A stretch of DNA of 56,244 nucleotides from an uncultured bacterium. GTDB taxonomy: Bacteria > Omnitrophota > Omnitrophia > Omnitrophales > Aquincolibacteriaceae. The stretch spans positions 1 through 56,244 of the forward strand of contig CAZLTL010000015.1 in the NCBI GenBank assembly GCA_964562525.1, written 5' to 3'. This document shows, in pieces, positions 27,675 through 36,931 of the stretch. The notes below the pieces were generated by a model, which did no database searches, had not been told where the DNA came from, and worked only from the letters and a program-made list of their open reading frames with translations. How positions within the stretch are numbered: the first letter of the stretch is position 1; the number at the start of each line of letters is the position of its first letter. A program made the translations under genes and the position numbers.

Positions 27675-28793
27675 ATGACTCAAGTCCCGCTGCTCGATCT
27701 TAAATCCCAATATGCGACAATTCGTGAAGATATTCAGAAGGTCGTTTTGAGTGTGTTGGAGAGTCAGCATTTTATTCTTGGGCCGGAAGTTGCCGGCCTT
27801 GAAAAAGAAATCGCAAGTTATTGCGGAGTACCTTATGCTGCCGCGGTTTCATCCGGAACAGATGCCTTGCTGCTAGCGATGATGGCTGAACGCATCGGTC
27901 AGGGCGATGAGGTCATTACCACGCCATATACTTTTTTTGCGACCGCAGGCTCAATAGCTAGGCTCGGTGCAATCCCTGTCTTTGTCGATATTTTGCCAGG
28001 GACATTTAATATTGATCCTAGACAGGTCGAAAGCCGCATTACGCCAAGAACAAAAGCGATTATGCCTGTACATCTTTTCGGTCAAGTTGCTGACATGACG
28101 CCCATTCTCTCTTTGGCATCATCGAGAAAAATTGTTGTTATCGAAGACGCAGCGCAGGCCATCGGCGCGGAAGTAAATGGAAAAAAAGCCGGCAGCTTCG
28201 GCGATTACGGGTGCTTTTCTTTTTTTCCATCCAAGAATTTGGGCGGAGCCGGAGACGGGGGGATGATCACGGCCCGCGACGCCGAAAAAAATGCCCGCAT
28301 CGTTCTTTTGCGGAATCATGGTGCTCAGCCAAAATACTTTCATCAAGAAGTGGGCGGAAATTTCAGACTGGACGCGATTCAGGCCGCTGTGTTGCGCGTA
28401 AAATTGAGATATTTGGATGTTTGGAATCAAGGCCGCCGTCAGAACGCCGCTCTCTATCAAAAGCATTTTGAATCATTGGGATTGATTCAGTCAGGGTTGT
28501 TGCATCCTCCGTTTATCGGTTCTGGCCATGTTTGCAATCAGTATGTAATTCAAACTGCTCGACGCGATGAGTTGAAGCGATACTTAAAAGAAAACGGAAT
28601 TGAAACGGAAATTTATTACCCTGCTCCAATGCATTTGCAGAAATGTTTCTCCGGATTAGGTTATAAGGCGGGGGCATTTCCGGTAAGCGAAAAAGCAGCC
28701 CAGGAAACATTGGCTTTGCCTGTTTATCCCGAATTGAAACCCGAGCAGATAGCTCATGTGGCGGAGACGATCTGCCACTTTTACAAAAGTTAG
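27675..28793 (+). CDS. DegT/DnrJ/EryC1-family sugar aminotransferase (WbpE-like)
   Basis: PLLDLKSQY, AVSSGTDAL and the FSFFPSKNLGGAGDGG PLP-lysine motif. Confidence 0.93.
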   Translation: MTQVPLLDLKSQYATIREDIQKVVLSVLESQHFILGPEVAGLEKEIASYCGVPYAAAVSSGTDALLLAMMAERIGQGDEVITTPYTFFATAGSIARLGAIPVFVDILPGTFNIDPRQVESRITPRTKAIMPVHLFGQVADMTPILSLASSRKIVVIEDAAQAIGAEVNGKKAGSFGDYGCFSFFPSKNLGGAGDGGMITARDAEKNARIVLLRNHGAQPKYFHQEVGGNFRLDAIQAAVLRVKLRYLDVWNQGRRQNAALYQKHFESLGLIQSGLLHPPFIGSGHVCNQYVIQTARRDELKRYLKENGIETEIYYPAPMHLQKCFSGLGYKAGAFPVSEKAAQETLALPVYPELKPEQIAHVAETICHFYKS

Positions 28794-28796
28794 TTG

Positions 28797-30215
28797 ATGA
28801 AAATTGCCGCGATCGTATTCAACTCAGTTAGTCATGATGCGCGGGTGTTGAAAGAAGCAGAAAGTCTCGCGAAGGCAGGACATCAAGTGACGCTGATCGG
28901 TATTTGCGACAATCGCAACCAACGGCAGCTTGAACCTGTATTTCCTGGTTTTGAAATTCGTCGCGTAGTGTGGCGCTTCTTCATGGTGCGTCGAGGGCTA
29001 CTGTGGCTCGGTCTTTTTTCAGCATTGGCAATGCTTGCTTATGCGGGGCTCTGGGTATTATTTTTGAGGCTTCCCCCAAACTCTAAGAACTTTGTATATC
29101 AATGCACTTTTATTTTTTGCACTGTTTTTTTTCCGCTTTTGCTTTCAGCCTTTGCGCTGCGCACCGGAATTCGTTTTTGCAGAAAGCCCGCAGCCGCCCA
29201 GCAATCCGTACCGGATAAAAAAGTATCTCCGCGATCGGCGTTGGATTTTATCCGAGGACAAATTCATAAAACATTTACCATCAAAGCGGTTGAAGCAGCC
29301 ATTTACAGTGAATTAAAAAAAATCCGACCTGATGCCGTGCATTGTCATGATCTGACAACCTTGCCCGTGGGGGTGAAGTGGAAGCGCCGCAACGGTGGAA
29401 AACTTGTTTATGATAGTCATGAAATATTCGAAAAAACAGCCGGATTATCGGAGATTCGCAGCCGGTACTGGGAATATCTTCAAAATAATCTGGCAAAGTA
29501 TGCGGACGCATTCATAACAGTCAACAACAGCATTGCCGAGTATTTGAATTTGAAATACAAGCAATTACCGAAAGCCGTTGTGGTGATGAACGCCGCGAAG
29601 TATACCGAAAAACTTCCGCAATATGACGGACGCCTTCACGCAGCAGCAGGTGTTGATAGAGATGTTTCTATTTTGCTTTACCAGGGAGGTTTTTCTAAGC
29701 ATCGAGGCTTGGAAAAACTGATTCATGCCGGAGTGCTGCTGCCAAAAAATTGGGTTTTGGTGATGATGGGATGGGGAGCGCTTCAGGAATCATTGTTGTC
29801 TGCGGCAAAACTTATTGATCCTGCCGAAAAAAAAATCCGCTTTTTACCGGGTGTGCCTCAGAAAGAACTTCCTCTCTGGACTCAAGGTGGCGCATTAGGA
29901 ATTATTCCTTATGAAAATGTTTGTATGAACCACTGGTTTTGCACGCCGAATAAGATTTGGGAATATACGAGTGCAAAGGTGCCGCTTCTTGTTAGTCCCT
30001 TTCCTGAACTGAAGAGAATTATCGAAACTCATCAGGTTGGATGGTTATTAGATGAGATTTTAACCGGAGAAAATATTTCGGCTGCGGTTGGCCGGATCAC
30101 ATGCGGAGGGCTTGCTGAGAAGCGTGAGAATTGCCTGCGTTTTGCGGAGCAGGATAATTGGAGTGTTTATGAGAAACGGCTTACAGCAATTTATGAAAGT
30201 TTTCAAAAGCCATGA
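28797..30215 (+). CDS. GT-B (GT4-like) glycosyltransferase with a hydrophobic insertion in its N-terminal half
   Basis: MKIAAIVFNSVSHDARVLKEAESLAKAGHQVTLIG, then hydrophobic stretches (LLWLGLFSALAMLAYAGLWVLFL; FIFCTVFFPLLLSAFAL), then a C-terminal GT-B half (GIIPYE..PNKIWEY). Confidence 0.7.
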   Translation: MKIAAIVFNSVSHDARVLKEAESLAKAGHQVTLIGICDNRNQRQLEPVFPGFEIRRVVWRFFMVRRGLLWLGLFSALAMLAYAGLWVLFLRLPPNSKNFVYQCTFIFCTVFFPLLLSAFALRTGIRFCRKPAAAQQSVPDKKVSPRSALDFIRGQIHKTFTIKAVEAAIYSELKKIRPDAVHCHDLTTLPVGVKWKRRNGGKLVYDSHEIFEKTAGLSEIRSRYWEYLQNNLAKYADAFITVNNSIAEYLNLKYKQLPKAVVVMNAAKYTEKLPQYDGRLHAAAGVDRDVSILLYQGGFSKHRGLEKLIHAGVLLPKNWVLVMMGWGALQESLLSAAKLIDPAEKKIRFLPGVPQKELPLWTQGGALGIIPYENVCMNHWFCTPNKIWEYTSAKVPLLVSPFPELKRIIETHQVGWLLDEILTGENISAAVGRITCGGLAEKRENCLRFAEQDNWSVYEKRLTAIYESFQKP

Positions 30216-30991
30216 TTGCGATTTATCGAAGTATTTTCAAATATCGCGCGTTGATTTCTTTCATGGTTGCGCAGCGGTTTAAGTCCGATGTTTTTAAAAC
30301 TCTGCTGGGGCATGCCTGGTACTTTATACAGCCGTTCGCTCAGATTTTAATTTATTACTTTTTGGTTGTGATTGTTTTTTCAAAGGGAGCCGACGCTCAA
30401 TATTCGTTTCTTTTGATTATGGCTGGCGTGTCGCATTTTCTTTTTTTGCAGTATTCTGTTGCACAGGGCTGCGATGCGCTGGTCAGTAATGAGAATATTT
30501 TGATGCAGGTAAAGATCGAGCCTGCCGTTTTTGTTGCTGTTCATTTTGATCGTGCCGTTCAAAACACATTTATCGCGCTTTTTATTCTCGCCGTGTTTTA
30601 TGCTTTTTCGGGCATGGCTTCCGAACGCTTGATTTATTACCCGCTTATTTTTTTAGCGCTTATTATTTTAGGATGGACATTGACACTTTACTGCGCAGTG
30701 TTGAGCGTTTTTTTTCGTGATTTAAAACCGTCTTCCGATATTGTTTTTAGAGTATTAATGTATTTGTCGCCCGTTATTTATGCGACCAGTTGGATTCCTG
30801 CTAAGTACCAAGCAATTTTCCTCCTTAATCCTTTGGCGGTTCTTTTCGGTCTTATCCAATGGGCGCTTCTGGGCGAGCCGCGTCCGCCTGCTTGGTCGGT
30901 GAACTATTTAGCCGTTTTTTTAATTTTGAACTGGTTTGCCGCGCACCGCATTTATGAAAAGCTTACGCCTAAGCTGACTAAGGTTTTCTAA
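30212..30991 (+). CDS. wzm: ABC-2 type polysaccharide exporter permease (Wzm/KpsM/TagG type)
   Basis: A 259-aa protein with about 6 TM helices, located immediately upstream of the ATPase and overlapping neighbours on both sides. Confidence 0.85.
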   Translation: MIAIYRSIFKYRALISFMVAQRFKSDVFKTLLGHAWYFIQPFAQILIYYFLVVIVFSKGADAQYSFLLIMAGVSHFLFLQYSVAQGCDALVSNENILMQVKIEPAVFVAVHFDRAVQNTFIALFILAVFYAFSGMASERLIYYPLIFLALIILGWTLTLYCAVLSVFFRDLKPSSDIVFRVLMYLSPVIYATSWIPAKYQAIFLLNPLAVLFGLIQWALLGEPRPPAWSVNYLAVFLILNWFAAHRIYEKLTPKLTKVF

Positions 30992-31740
30992 TGGCCGAAT
31001 CAAGGATTGAAATCACTAATCTCTCGCTGCGTTTCCGTTTTTCATTCGATAAGACATGGAGTATCCGTGAAAAAGCCGCCGAAGTCGGCCGCCGCATTTT
31101 AAAGAAGCAAAAGCCGCGCTATTTCACAGCGCTGTCTGGTATTAATCTTACGGTGAATCAAGGCGAGGTCTTGGGAATTATCGGCCCCAACGGTTGCGGC
31201 AAAACAACTTTGCTACGAACCATCGCAGGCATTTATAGTCCCGATGAAGGAAAAATCCGTGTGAGCGGAAAAGTTTCAACATTGCTCGCGCTGGGAACGG
31301 GATTCGACAATCGGTTGTCGGGTTTAGATAATATCCGTTTAAATGGGCTTATGATGGGTCTTGATAAGGAAGCGATTGAAAAGCTGATTCCGCAAATTAC
31401 CGGTTTCGCCGAAATCGGCGAACATATCGATGTTCCGATGAAGTATTATTCGAGCGGCATGATAAGCCGTCTAAGTTTTGCGATGATTCTCGCGATGGAA
31501 CCGGACATTTTGCTGATTGACGAAATTTTCAGCGTCGGCGACTTAGCCTTTCAAAAAAAAGCTGAAAACGCGATGGAGCAGCTGCTGAAGAAGGCTTCCT
31601 GTCAGGTTATCGTGACGCATGATTTGAATTTGGTGCGTGAGCATTGCAGTCGTGCGGTTTGCATGGAAGGCGGAAAGATCATTATGGACGGCAGTCCTCG
31701 CGAAGTCATCGCAGATTATCAAAAGAGAATGCAGAAATAA
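30991..31740 (+). CDS. wzt: Polysaccharide ABC exporter ATP-binding protein (Wzt/KpsT/TagH type), NBD only
   Basis: GIIGPNGCGKTTLL (Walker A), YSSGMISRLSFA (signature) and ILLIDE (Walker B). At 249 aa it has no C-terminal carbohydrate-binding extension. Confidence 0.93.
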   Translation: MAESRIEITNLSLRFRFSFDKTWSIREKAAEVGRRILKKQKPRYFTALSGINLTVNQGEVLGIIGPNGCGKTTLLRTIAGIYSPDEGKIRVSGKVSTLLALGTGFDNRLSGLDNIRLNGLMMGLDKEAIEKLIPQITGFAEIGEHIDVPMKYYSSGMISRLSFAMILAMEPDILLIDEIFSVGDLAFQKKAENAMEQLLKKASCQVIVTHDLNLVREHCSRAVCMEGGKIIMDGSPREVIADYQKRMQK

Positions 31741-32960
31741 TGGATCTTGTTTATTTACGCGGTAAATCTCAGGCTGAGTCAGAAGCCAGACTTGCCGAAC
31801 TTGAAAAAAACGGAATCAAGGCCGGCAGCACCGTCAAATTCTCATCACCTGCGGGAACGGTAAGCCGCCTCGGCAACCCAGCATTTTCATATCTTTTACC
31901 TACACCAGCCGGCTCATGTGAAAATGTTTATTTGAGCGGGGATATGACCTGGTTTCGAAATCAGTGGGGCGCAGCGTTTCTTGTTAAGGCGATGAATTCT
32001 CTCCGGGCAGGCGGAAAATTATTTATTCCTTTTCAAGGTGATAAAGAATCCGTCAAGCGCCGCAGTTGGAATCTGGCATGGCTTGAGAGCGTTCTTGGAA
32101 AACCTCAAACCGTCCGCCGCAAAGAGAATGAAGCTGTTTTTCAAAAGCATCATGGTGCCGTTAAAGCCTATAGCTCCGTGTTGACCTGGTTTTTTGAGGA
32201 GTACCGGAATATATTTTTGGCTGAGCAAAAATTTCAAAGGCCGGATCTGTCGCCTGAATTCTCCGAAAAACTGTTAAAAGCCTCTGCTGCTGACTTGTTG
32301 GACGAGACGAGTTTTTTAAAAATTGGTTTTTCGCCGGATGACCTTAAAAAATGGGAAACATTTTTAGGTGTATTCAACTATTTTATAGCAGGTGTGAATT
32401 ACAAGGCGTCTGCTTTGGAGTTTATTTTGGAAAACATTTTTCAGGGACGGCGGGGACTTGAGCTACTTGATATGGGCGGCGGTGCCGGGCTGGTTTCAGC
32501 CGAACTGTTGCTTTCCGATCCGACGATTCAATGCGCGGAGGTATGTGATATCAATTCCTTGTATCAAATATTTGCGCGGCGTTTATGTGACTATTACCCC
32601 GAGGAAGTAGGTTTGCGTTTTTCTTTTCATATCAGTCCTTCTGAAAAATTTGTTTTCCCAAAGAAATATGATGTTATTTCTTATATTGGTTCTCTGCTTT
32701 ATGTGCCTCGCGTTGAATTAAACACGACGCTGCAGAGATCTTGGGATGCTTTGAAGCCCGGCGGTGTTTTGATTATTCATGAAAATATCAAGGCTCCTTC
32801 CTTTGTTCGTGATTATGATGTGATGTTTACAGTCGAAGAAATTGAAAAGAATCTGAGCGGCTTCGGTAAGGTGACCCATTATGCATCCACGGCTCCGATT
32901 GTGCAGCATCCCTGGCTCGTGGGCAATAAAACCGTCTTCAGAGTGGTACAGAAGAAATGA
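31740..32960 (+). CDS. Class I SAM-dependent methyltransferase with an additional N-terminal domain
   Basis: LELLDMGGGAGLVSAELL (motif I) and LKPGGVLIIHEN. The N-terminal half shows LRAGGKLFIPF, possibly a degenerate second methyltransferase fold. The start is moved to the ATG at 31740 (TAATG overlap with wzt). Confidence 0.8.
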   Translation: MDLVYLRGKSQAESEARLAELEKNGIKAGSTVKFSSPAGTVSRLGNPAFSYLLPTPAGSCENVYLSGDMTWFRNQWGAAFLVKAMNSLRAGGKLFIPFQGDKESVKRRSWNLAWLESVLGKPQTVRRKENEAVFQKHHGAVKAYSSVLTWFFEEYRNIFLAEQKFQRPDLSPEFSEKLLKASAADLLDETSFLKIGFSPDDLKKWETFLGVFNYFIAGVNYKASALEFILENIFQGRRGLELLDMGGGAGLVSAELLLSDPTIQCAEVCDINSLYQIFARRLCDYYPEEVGLRFSFHISPSEKFVFPKKYDVISYIGSLLYVPRVELNTTLQRSWDALKPGGVLIIHENIKAPSFVRDYDVMFTVEEIEKNLSGFGKVTHYASTAPIVQHPWLVGNKTVFRVVQKK

Positions 32961-34510
32961 TCGGGCCTGTCGTTTCACCTTCATTAAATCAAAAAAGAGA
33001 AATTCAATCGCGCGAAAATGCTTACTATTGGAGCGGATGTTTCGGAGCGGTTTTACGCAAGCACGGACATGTGCCGGCGTCAGAATATGCCCAAGAATCC
33101 TGCTGGCCTATCCACCTTCGTTTGTCTGAAGAATATCAATCTTTGGAATCCGGCTTGTGGGAAGGTCCGGTTTCGGAAGCGGTTCTTAAGGCGCTTCGCC
33201 TGAAAGCGGAGTCCGCTGAGGCTCGTGTTCTTGATTTTTATGATGCGGAAAAAAAATATATCGGGAAGCTTGTATATCCTCAATTAAGAACTAGGAAAAT
33301 TCCCTCCAATAAAGAAGAGAAAACGGAGCCACGGGTTTTTGAGTCCGCAGATCTGAAATGGAATAACCATAAGATTCGCTTTCAAATATTAACTCCCTCT
33401 GGAGGTTGGGCTGCAGTAGGCTTCGTTCGCTTTGAAGGAGAATATGTTCCCGTTGCGATTTCCGATGGAAAGCGTTTAGTTATTGGAGTACCCCTTTTTG
33501 ATCTGACTTGTTTCGCCCATACCTTTCCGCCTTTAGAGGATGGGTATTACGACATGCTGGATAGCTTTTCAAGCGACATTGTTGAAAAATGGATCTTGGA
33601 CCAAATCGCATCGCATGCGGAGGGGAGCGGAACAGCTTTTTTCCGTATCAATCCGTGGCCGGACGACTTCCGATCCGCACTGACAATCCGCCACGATTAT
33701 GACCGCTTGATCTCCGATAATGATTTAAACCGGCTTATGAATTTTTATGCCGCAAAGAATATTAAATCTACTTGGGGTATATTGCTGAATAGCTTTTCCA
33801 TTCCGCATGCGAAGACAATTGTAAAGTATGGGCATGAAATTATGATTCACTCCGAGGCTCGCGACTTAGCCGCATTTGAGCGCGAAGCACACGGGTTTTT
33901 GCATCTCGCGGGGCGTGCTGCTCAGGGAATTACGGCTCATGGCGGGCGAGGTTCCGCCGGTTATTTAGGGGAGAAACAATTTGGTTGGCAGTTGCAACAG
34001 AAAATGCAGTACGGAGAATTGCTCGGCAAACCCGGCTTACTGCCGCACCCGGCATTTATTGTCGGATCTAAAGGTATTCCGGAGCCTTCTGCTTTGATGC
34101 TGCCTCCATGCCACTACAGTATGGATTTAGGTATGAAGCCCGAAGCGCATGATTACGAAAGACTGAAGCCTATATTAGCGAGGCTTCTCAACGAAGGAGC
34201 GCATGTCGTCTTGATGAATCATCCTGATATTCATCAAAAAGAAATGGGCGAAATGATCGCCTCGCTCGATTTGCGGTCTACTTGGCCTGCGACTTTCGAA
34301 GAGATAATGAATTGGTATAAACGTGTTAAGTATGATGTTTCCGTAACGGAAATTGATCAAAGCTGGAGAATTGAATTTGAAACCGATCTTTGCCACTCTG
34401 TCGGGCTAAAGAAATATCGTCCGAACCATAAAATTGAAACTTTTGTTTTTGAAAGTGGAAAGAAGAGTTTTTTATTGCCGATTAATTTCCCAGCTGGGAT
34501 TGAATTGTAG
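32957..34510 (+). CDS. Hypothetical protein with a C-terminal CE4-like (polysaccharide-deacetylase-like) domain, paralogous to the C-terminus of the 22811-25984 product
   Basis: WPDDFRSALTIRHDYDR, GHEIMIHS, GITAHGG and GAHVVLMNHPD. The same ordered motifs occur in the 1057-aa protein. Confidence 0.6.
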   Translation: MIGPVVSPSLNQKREIQSRENAYYWSGCFGAVLRKHGHVPASEYAQESCWPIHLRLSEEYQSLESGLWEGPVSEAVLKALRLKAESAEARVLDFYDAEKKYIGKLVYPQLRTRKIPSNKEEKTEPRVFESADLKWNNHKIRFQILTPSGGWAAVGFVRFEGEYVPVAISDGKRLVIGVPLFDLTCFAHTFPPLEDGYYDMLDSFSSDIVEKWILDQIASHAEGSGTAFFRINPWPDDFRSALTIRHDYDRLISDNDLNRLMNFYAAKNIKSTWGILLNSFSIPHAKTIVKYGHEIMIHSEARDLAAFEREAHGFLHLAGRAAQGITAHGGRGSAGYLGEKQFGWQLQQKMQYGELLGKPGLLPHPAFIVGSKGIPEPSALMLPPCHYSMDLGMKPEAHDYERLKPILARLLNEGAHVVLMNHPDIHQKEMGEMIASLDLRSTWPATFEEIMNWYKRVKYDVSVTEIDQSWRIEFETDLCHSVGLKKYRPNHKIETFVFESGKKSFLLPINFPAGIEL

Positions 34511-34518
34511 GTGGTGGA

Positions 34519-35598
34519 GTGAAAGTTATTACTGTTGTTGGTTCTCGGCCCCAATTTATTAAATCGGCCGCAGTTTCGAACGCCTTGCGCGAGACAGGTA
34601 TTCATGAAGTACTGATTCACACCGGACAGCATTATGATCAGGACATGTCCGATGTTTTCTTTCAGCAACTTAGGCTTCCGGAACCGTCTTACAAACTTGA
34701 AGTTGGCTCAGGAACGCATGCCGAACAGACTGGCCTCGCCATGATTAAAATCGAAGTGGCTTGTCTGAAAGAAAAGCCGGATATGGTTTTAGTTTATGGC
34801 GACACGAACGCTACGCTCTCGGGTGCTCTGGCGGCGGCGAAGCTTAAAGTTCCCGTTGCGCATGTGGAGTCTGGATTGCGTAGTGGTGAGCGATCAATGC
34901 CGGAAGAGGTGAATCGGATTATTACGGATCATGTTTCTTCGGTTTTATTTTGTCCTACGCGTGAAGCTGTTAAGAATTTAGCGTTGGAGGGAATCAAGCA
35001 GGGCGTTCACGAGGTCGGAGATGTCATGCTGGATAGCTGGCAATTATGCCGTGGTGCGGCTGCGAACGAGGCTCTGCTGTTAAAAAAAATGAAATTACAA
35101 AAATTTAGCTATGTTCTTGCGACGATTCACCGCGATTTTAATGTTGATTTTGACGAGCCATTAAATGGGCTTGTTCAGTTCTTTATGCAATGCTCAGATT
35201 TTATTGTTTTGCCCGTTCACCCGCGGCTTAAAAAGAGACTGATTCAAATCGGTGTTTTTGACAAGCTCAAAGCTCGGCCCCAGTTGCGACTGATTGATCC
35301 GGTGGGTTATTTTGAAATGCTTCAGCTTGAAACTTTTGCAAAAATAATCATTACTGACAGCGGTGGAGTTCAAAAAGAAGCTTTTTTCTCCCAAGTACCT
35401 TGCGTGACTGTCCGGCCTTCAACTGAATGGGTTGAAACCATTCAATCGGGCTGGAACCGCCTTTGCGTGGCGGATTCCAAAGCATTGACTGCCGCCGTGA
35501 ATGAAGCGAAGAAACCCGCAGGGCCTCAGCCGTCATTTTACGGTGACGGAAAGGCCGCATATAAAATCGCGGAAATCATCCGTGGTTACGCGGGATAA
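34519..35598 (+). CDS. wecB: UDP-N-acetylglucosamine-type 2-epimerase (WecB/WbpI family)
   Basis: VVGSRPQFIK, HTGQHYD, VYGDTNATL, HVESGLRS and DSGGVQKEA. GTG start. Confidence 0.92.
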   Translation: MKVITVVGSRPQFIKSAAVSNALRETGIHEVLIHTGQHYDQDMSDVFFQQLRLPEPSYKLEVGSGTHAEQTGLAMIKIEVACLKEKPDMVLVYGDTNATLSGALAAAKLKVPVAHVESGLRSGERSMPEEVNRIITDHVSSVLFCPTREAVKNLALEGIKQGVHEVGDVMLDSWQLCRGAAANEALLLKKMKLQKFSYVLATIHRDFNVDFDEPLNGLVQFFMQCSDFIVLPVHPRLKKRLIQIGVFDKLKARPQLRLIDPVGYFEMLQLETFAKIIITDSGGVQKEAFFSQVPCVTVRPSTEWVETIQSGWNRLCVADSKALTAAVNEAKKPAGPQPSFYGDGKAAYKIAEIIRGYAG

Positions 35599-35604
35599 CT
35601 AAGA

Positions 35605-36849
35605 ATGAAAGTCCTGGTGCTCAGCTATTTTTATCCGCCGCTTTTAAAAGGCGGTGCCGAAAGATTCTTAAATCTTGCGCCTTGGCTTAAACAGTCCGGT
35701 TGGGATCTGCATATTTTAACTACTAGCCGCTATGGCTCTCTGCCTTCTGACTCCGAACAAAATGTGACGCGGGTCAAAGAATGGTTTTCCTCCGCGGGTT
35801 TATCTAATTCTTATGACCCACAAAAAACAAAAAAAGAGAATCCTTTTTTAGAGAAGCTTTTAAAAATAATAGGCGAGTGGATTATTCCGGATACGCGTTT
35901 CTATAAATTTGGATTATCGGCCATGACACAAGCCGTTAAACTGCATGCGCAGCATCATTACGATCTGTTGATAACAACATCATCACCCGAATCGAGCCAT
36001 ATTATCGGGGCGCTTTTAAAACGCCGCTTAGGCATTCCCTGGATTGCTGACTTTCGCGATGGCTGGATGTTTGAGCGCCCTGCCGGAAATTTTCCGGTGG
36101 TTATCCGCTCGCTGCAAGCTATACTCGAAAAGATAACGGTGAAGTATGCCGATGCCGTGGTCTCGGTGACAAAGCCGATTACGGACGATTTCGTTAACCG
36201 GTTGGGAGTTCTTAATGCGCATACCATTACAAATAGTTTTAAGAATTTCTTGTCCAGAGGCAACAAGTCTGTGGTTTACAACCGCCCATTAACGATGACT
36301 CATATCGGACAGCTTTCGCTCAGTTCCGGGTCGTGTGATATTGAGCCTTTTTTGCGAGCCATCAGTAATCTGAGACATAAAATTGAAGGTAAGATTCGTT
36401 TTATTTTCGCTGGCAGGCTTTCGAATCGGGAAGAAAGATTAATTGCCGAAAAGTACCGCCTGTCTTCTTTTTTTGATTTGCGCGGGGTGTTAACTCGCGA
36501 TGAATGCATACATTTGATGGCGAGGGCGGACTGGCTGCTGCTCGTGACCGATCCCGTGCGCAAAAGTGTGATGACGGCGAAGATCTTCGATTATTTTGAG
36601 TCAGGTAAGCCTATCTTTGCTTTGGCTGCAAATAATGCCGCGGAGGAAGCGATCCGCTCCACTTATTCCGGGGTTTGTGTTGCTTCTGATGACACTCAAT
36701 CAATTGAAAATGAAATTCTTCATGTTCTCGGCGGCGGCAGTGCAATCAATCCGGATAAAAATCGACTTATGCTGTATTCAAGCGAGCACACCGCAAATCA
36801 GTATGCTGCTTTGTTAAATCAGATTTGTTCTTCAAAAAAATCAAATTAG
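35605..36849 (+). CDS. GT-B (GT4-like) glycosyltransferase
   Basis: MKVLVLSYFYPPLLKGGAERF, a typical GT4 N-terminus. The C-terminal half contains KIFDYFESGKPIF. Confidence 0.7.
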   Translation: MKVLVLSYFYPPLLKGGAERFLNLAPWLKQSGWDLHILTTSRYGSLPSDSEQNVTRVKEWFSSAGLSNSYDPQKTKKENPFLEKLLKIIGEWIIPDTRFYKFGLSAMTQAVKLHAQHHYDLLITTSSPESSHIIGALLKRRLGIPWIADFRDGWMFERPAGNFPVVIRSLQAILEKITVKYADAVVSVTKPITDDFVNRLGVLNAHTITNSFKNFLSRGNKSVVYNRPLTMTHIGQLSLSSGSCDIEPFLRAISNLRHKIEGKIRFIFAGRLSNREERLIAEKYRLSSFFDLRGVLTRDECIHLMARADWLLLVTDPVRKSVMTAKIFDYFESGKPIFALAANNAAEEAIRSTYSGVCVASDDTQSIENEILHVLGGGSAINPDKNRLMLYSSEHTANQYAALLNQICSSKKSN

Positions 36850-36931
36850 CTTATAAGATAAGGAGGAGTCCAAGATTTTCAACCGCGTGTGTAGGATCCT
36901 GCGCGATTAATATGAGCATTTATCCCAAAAA

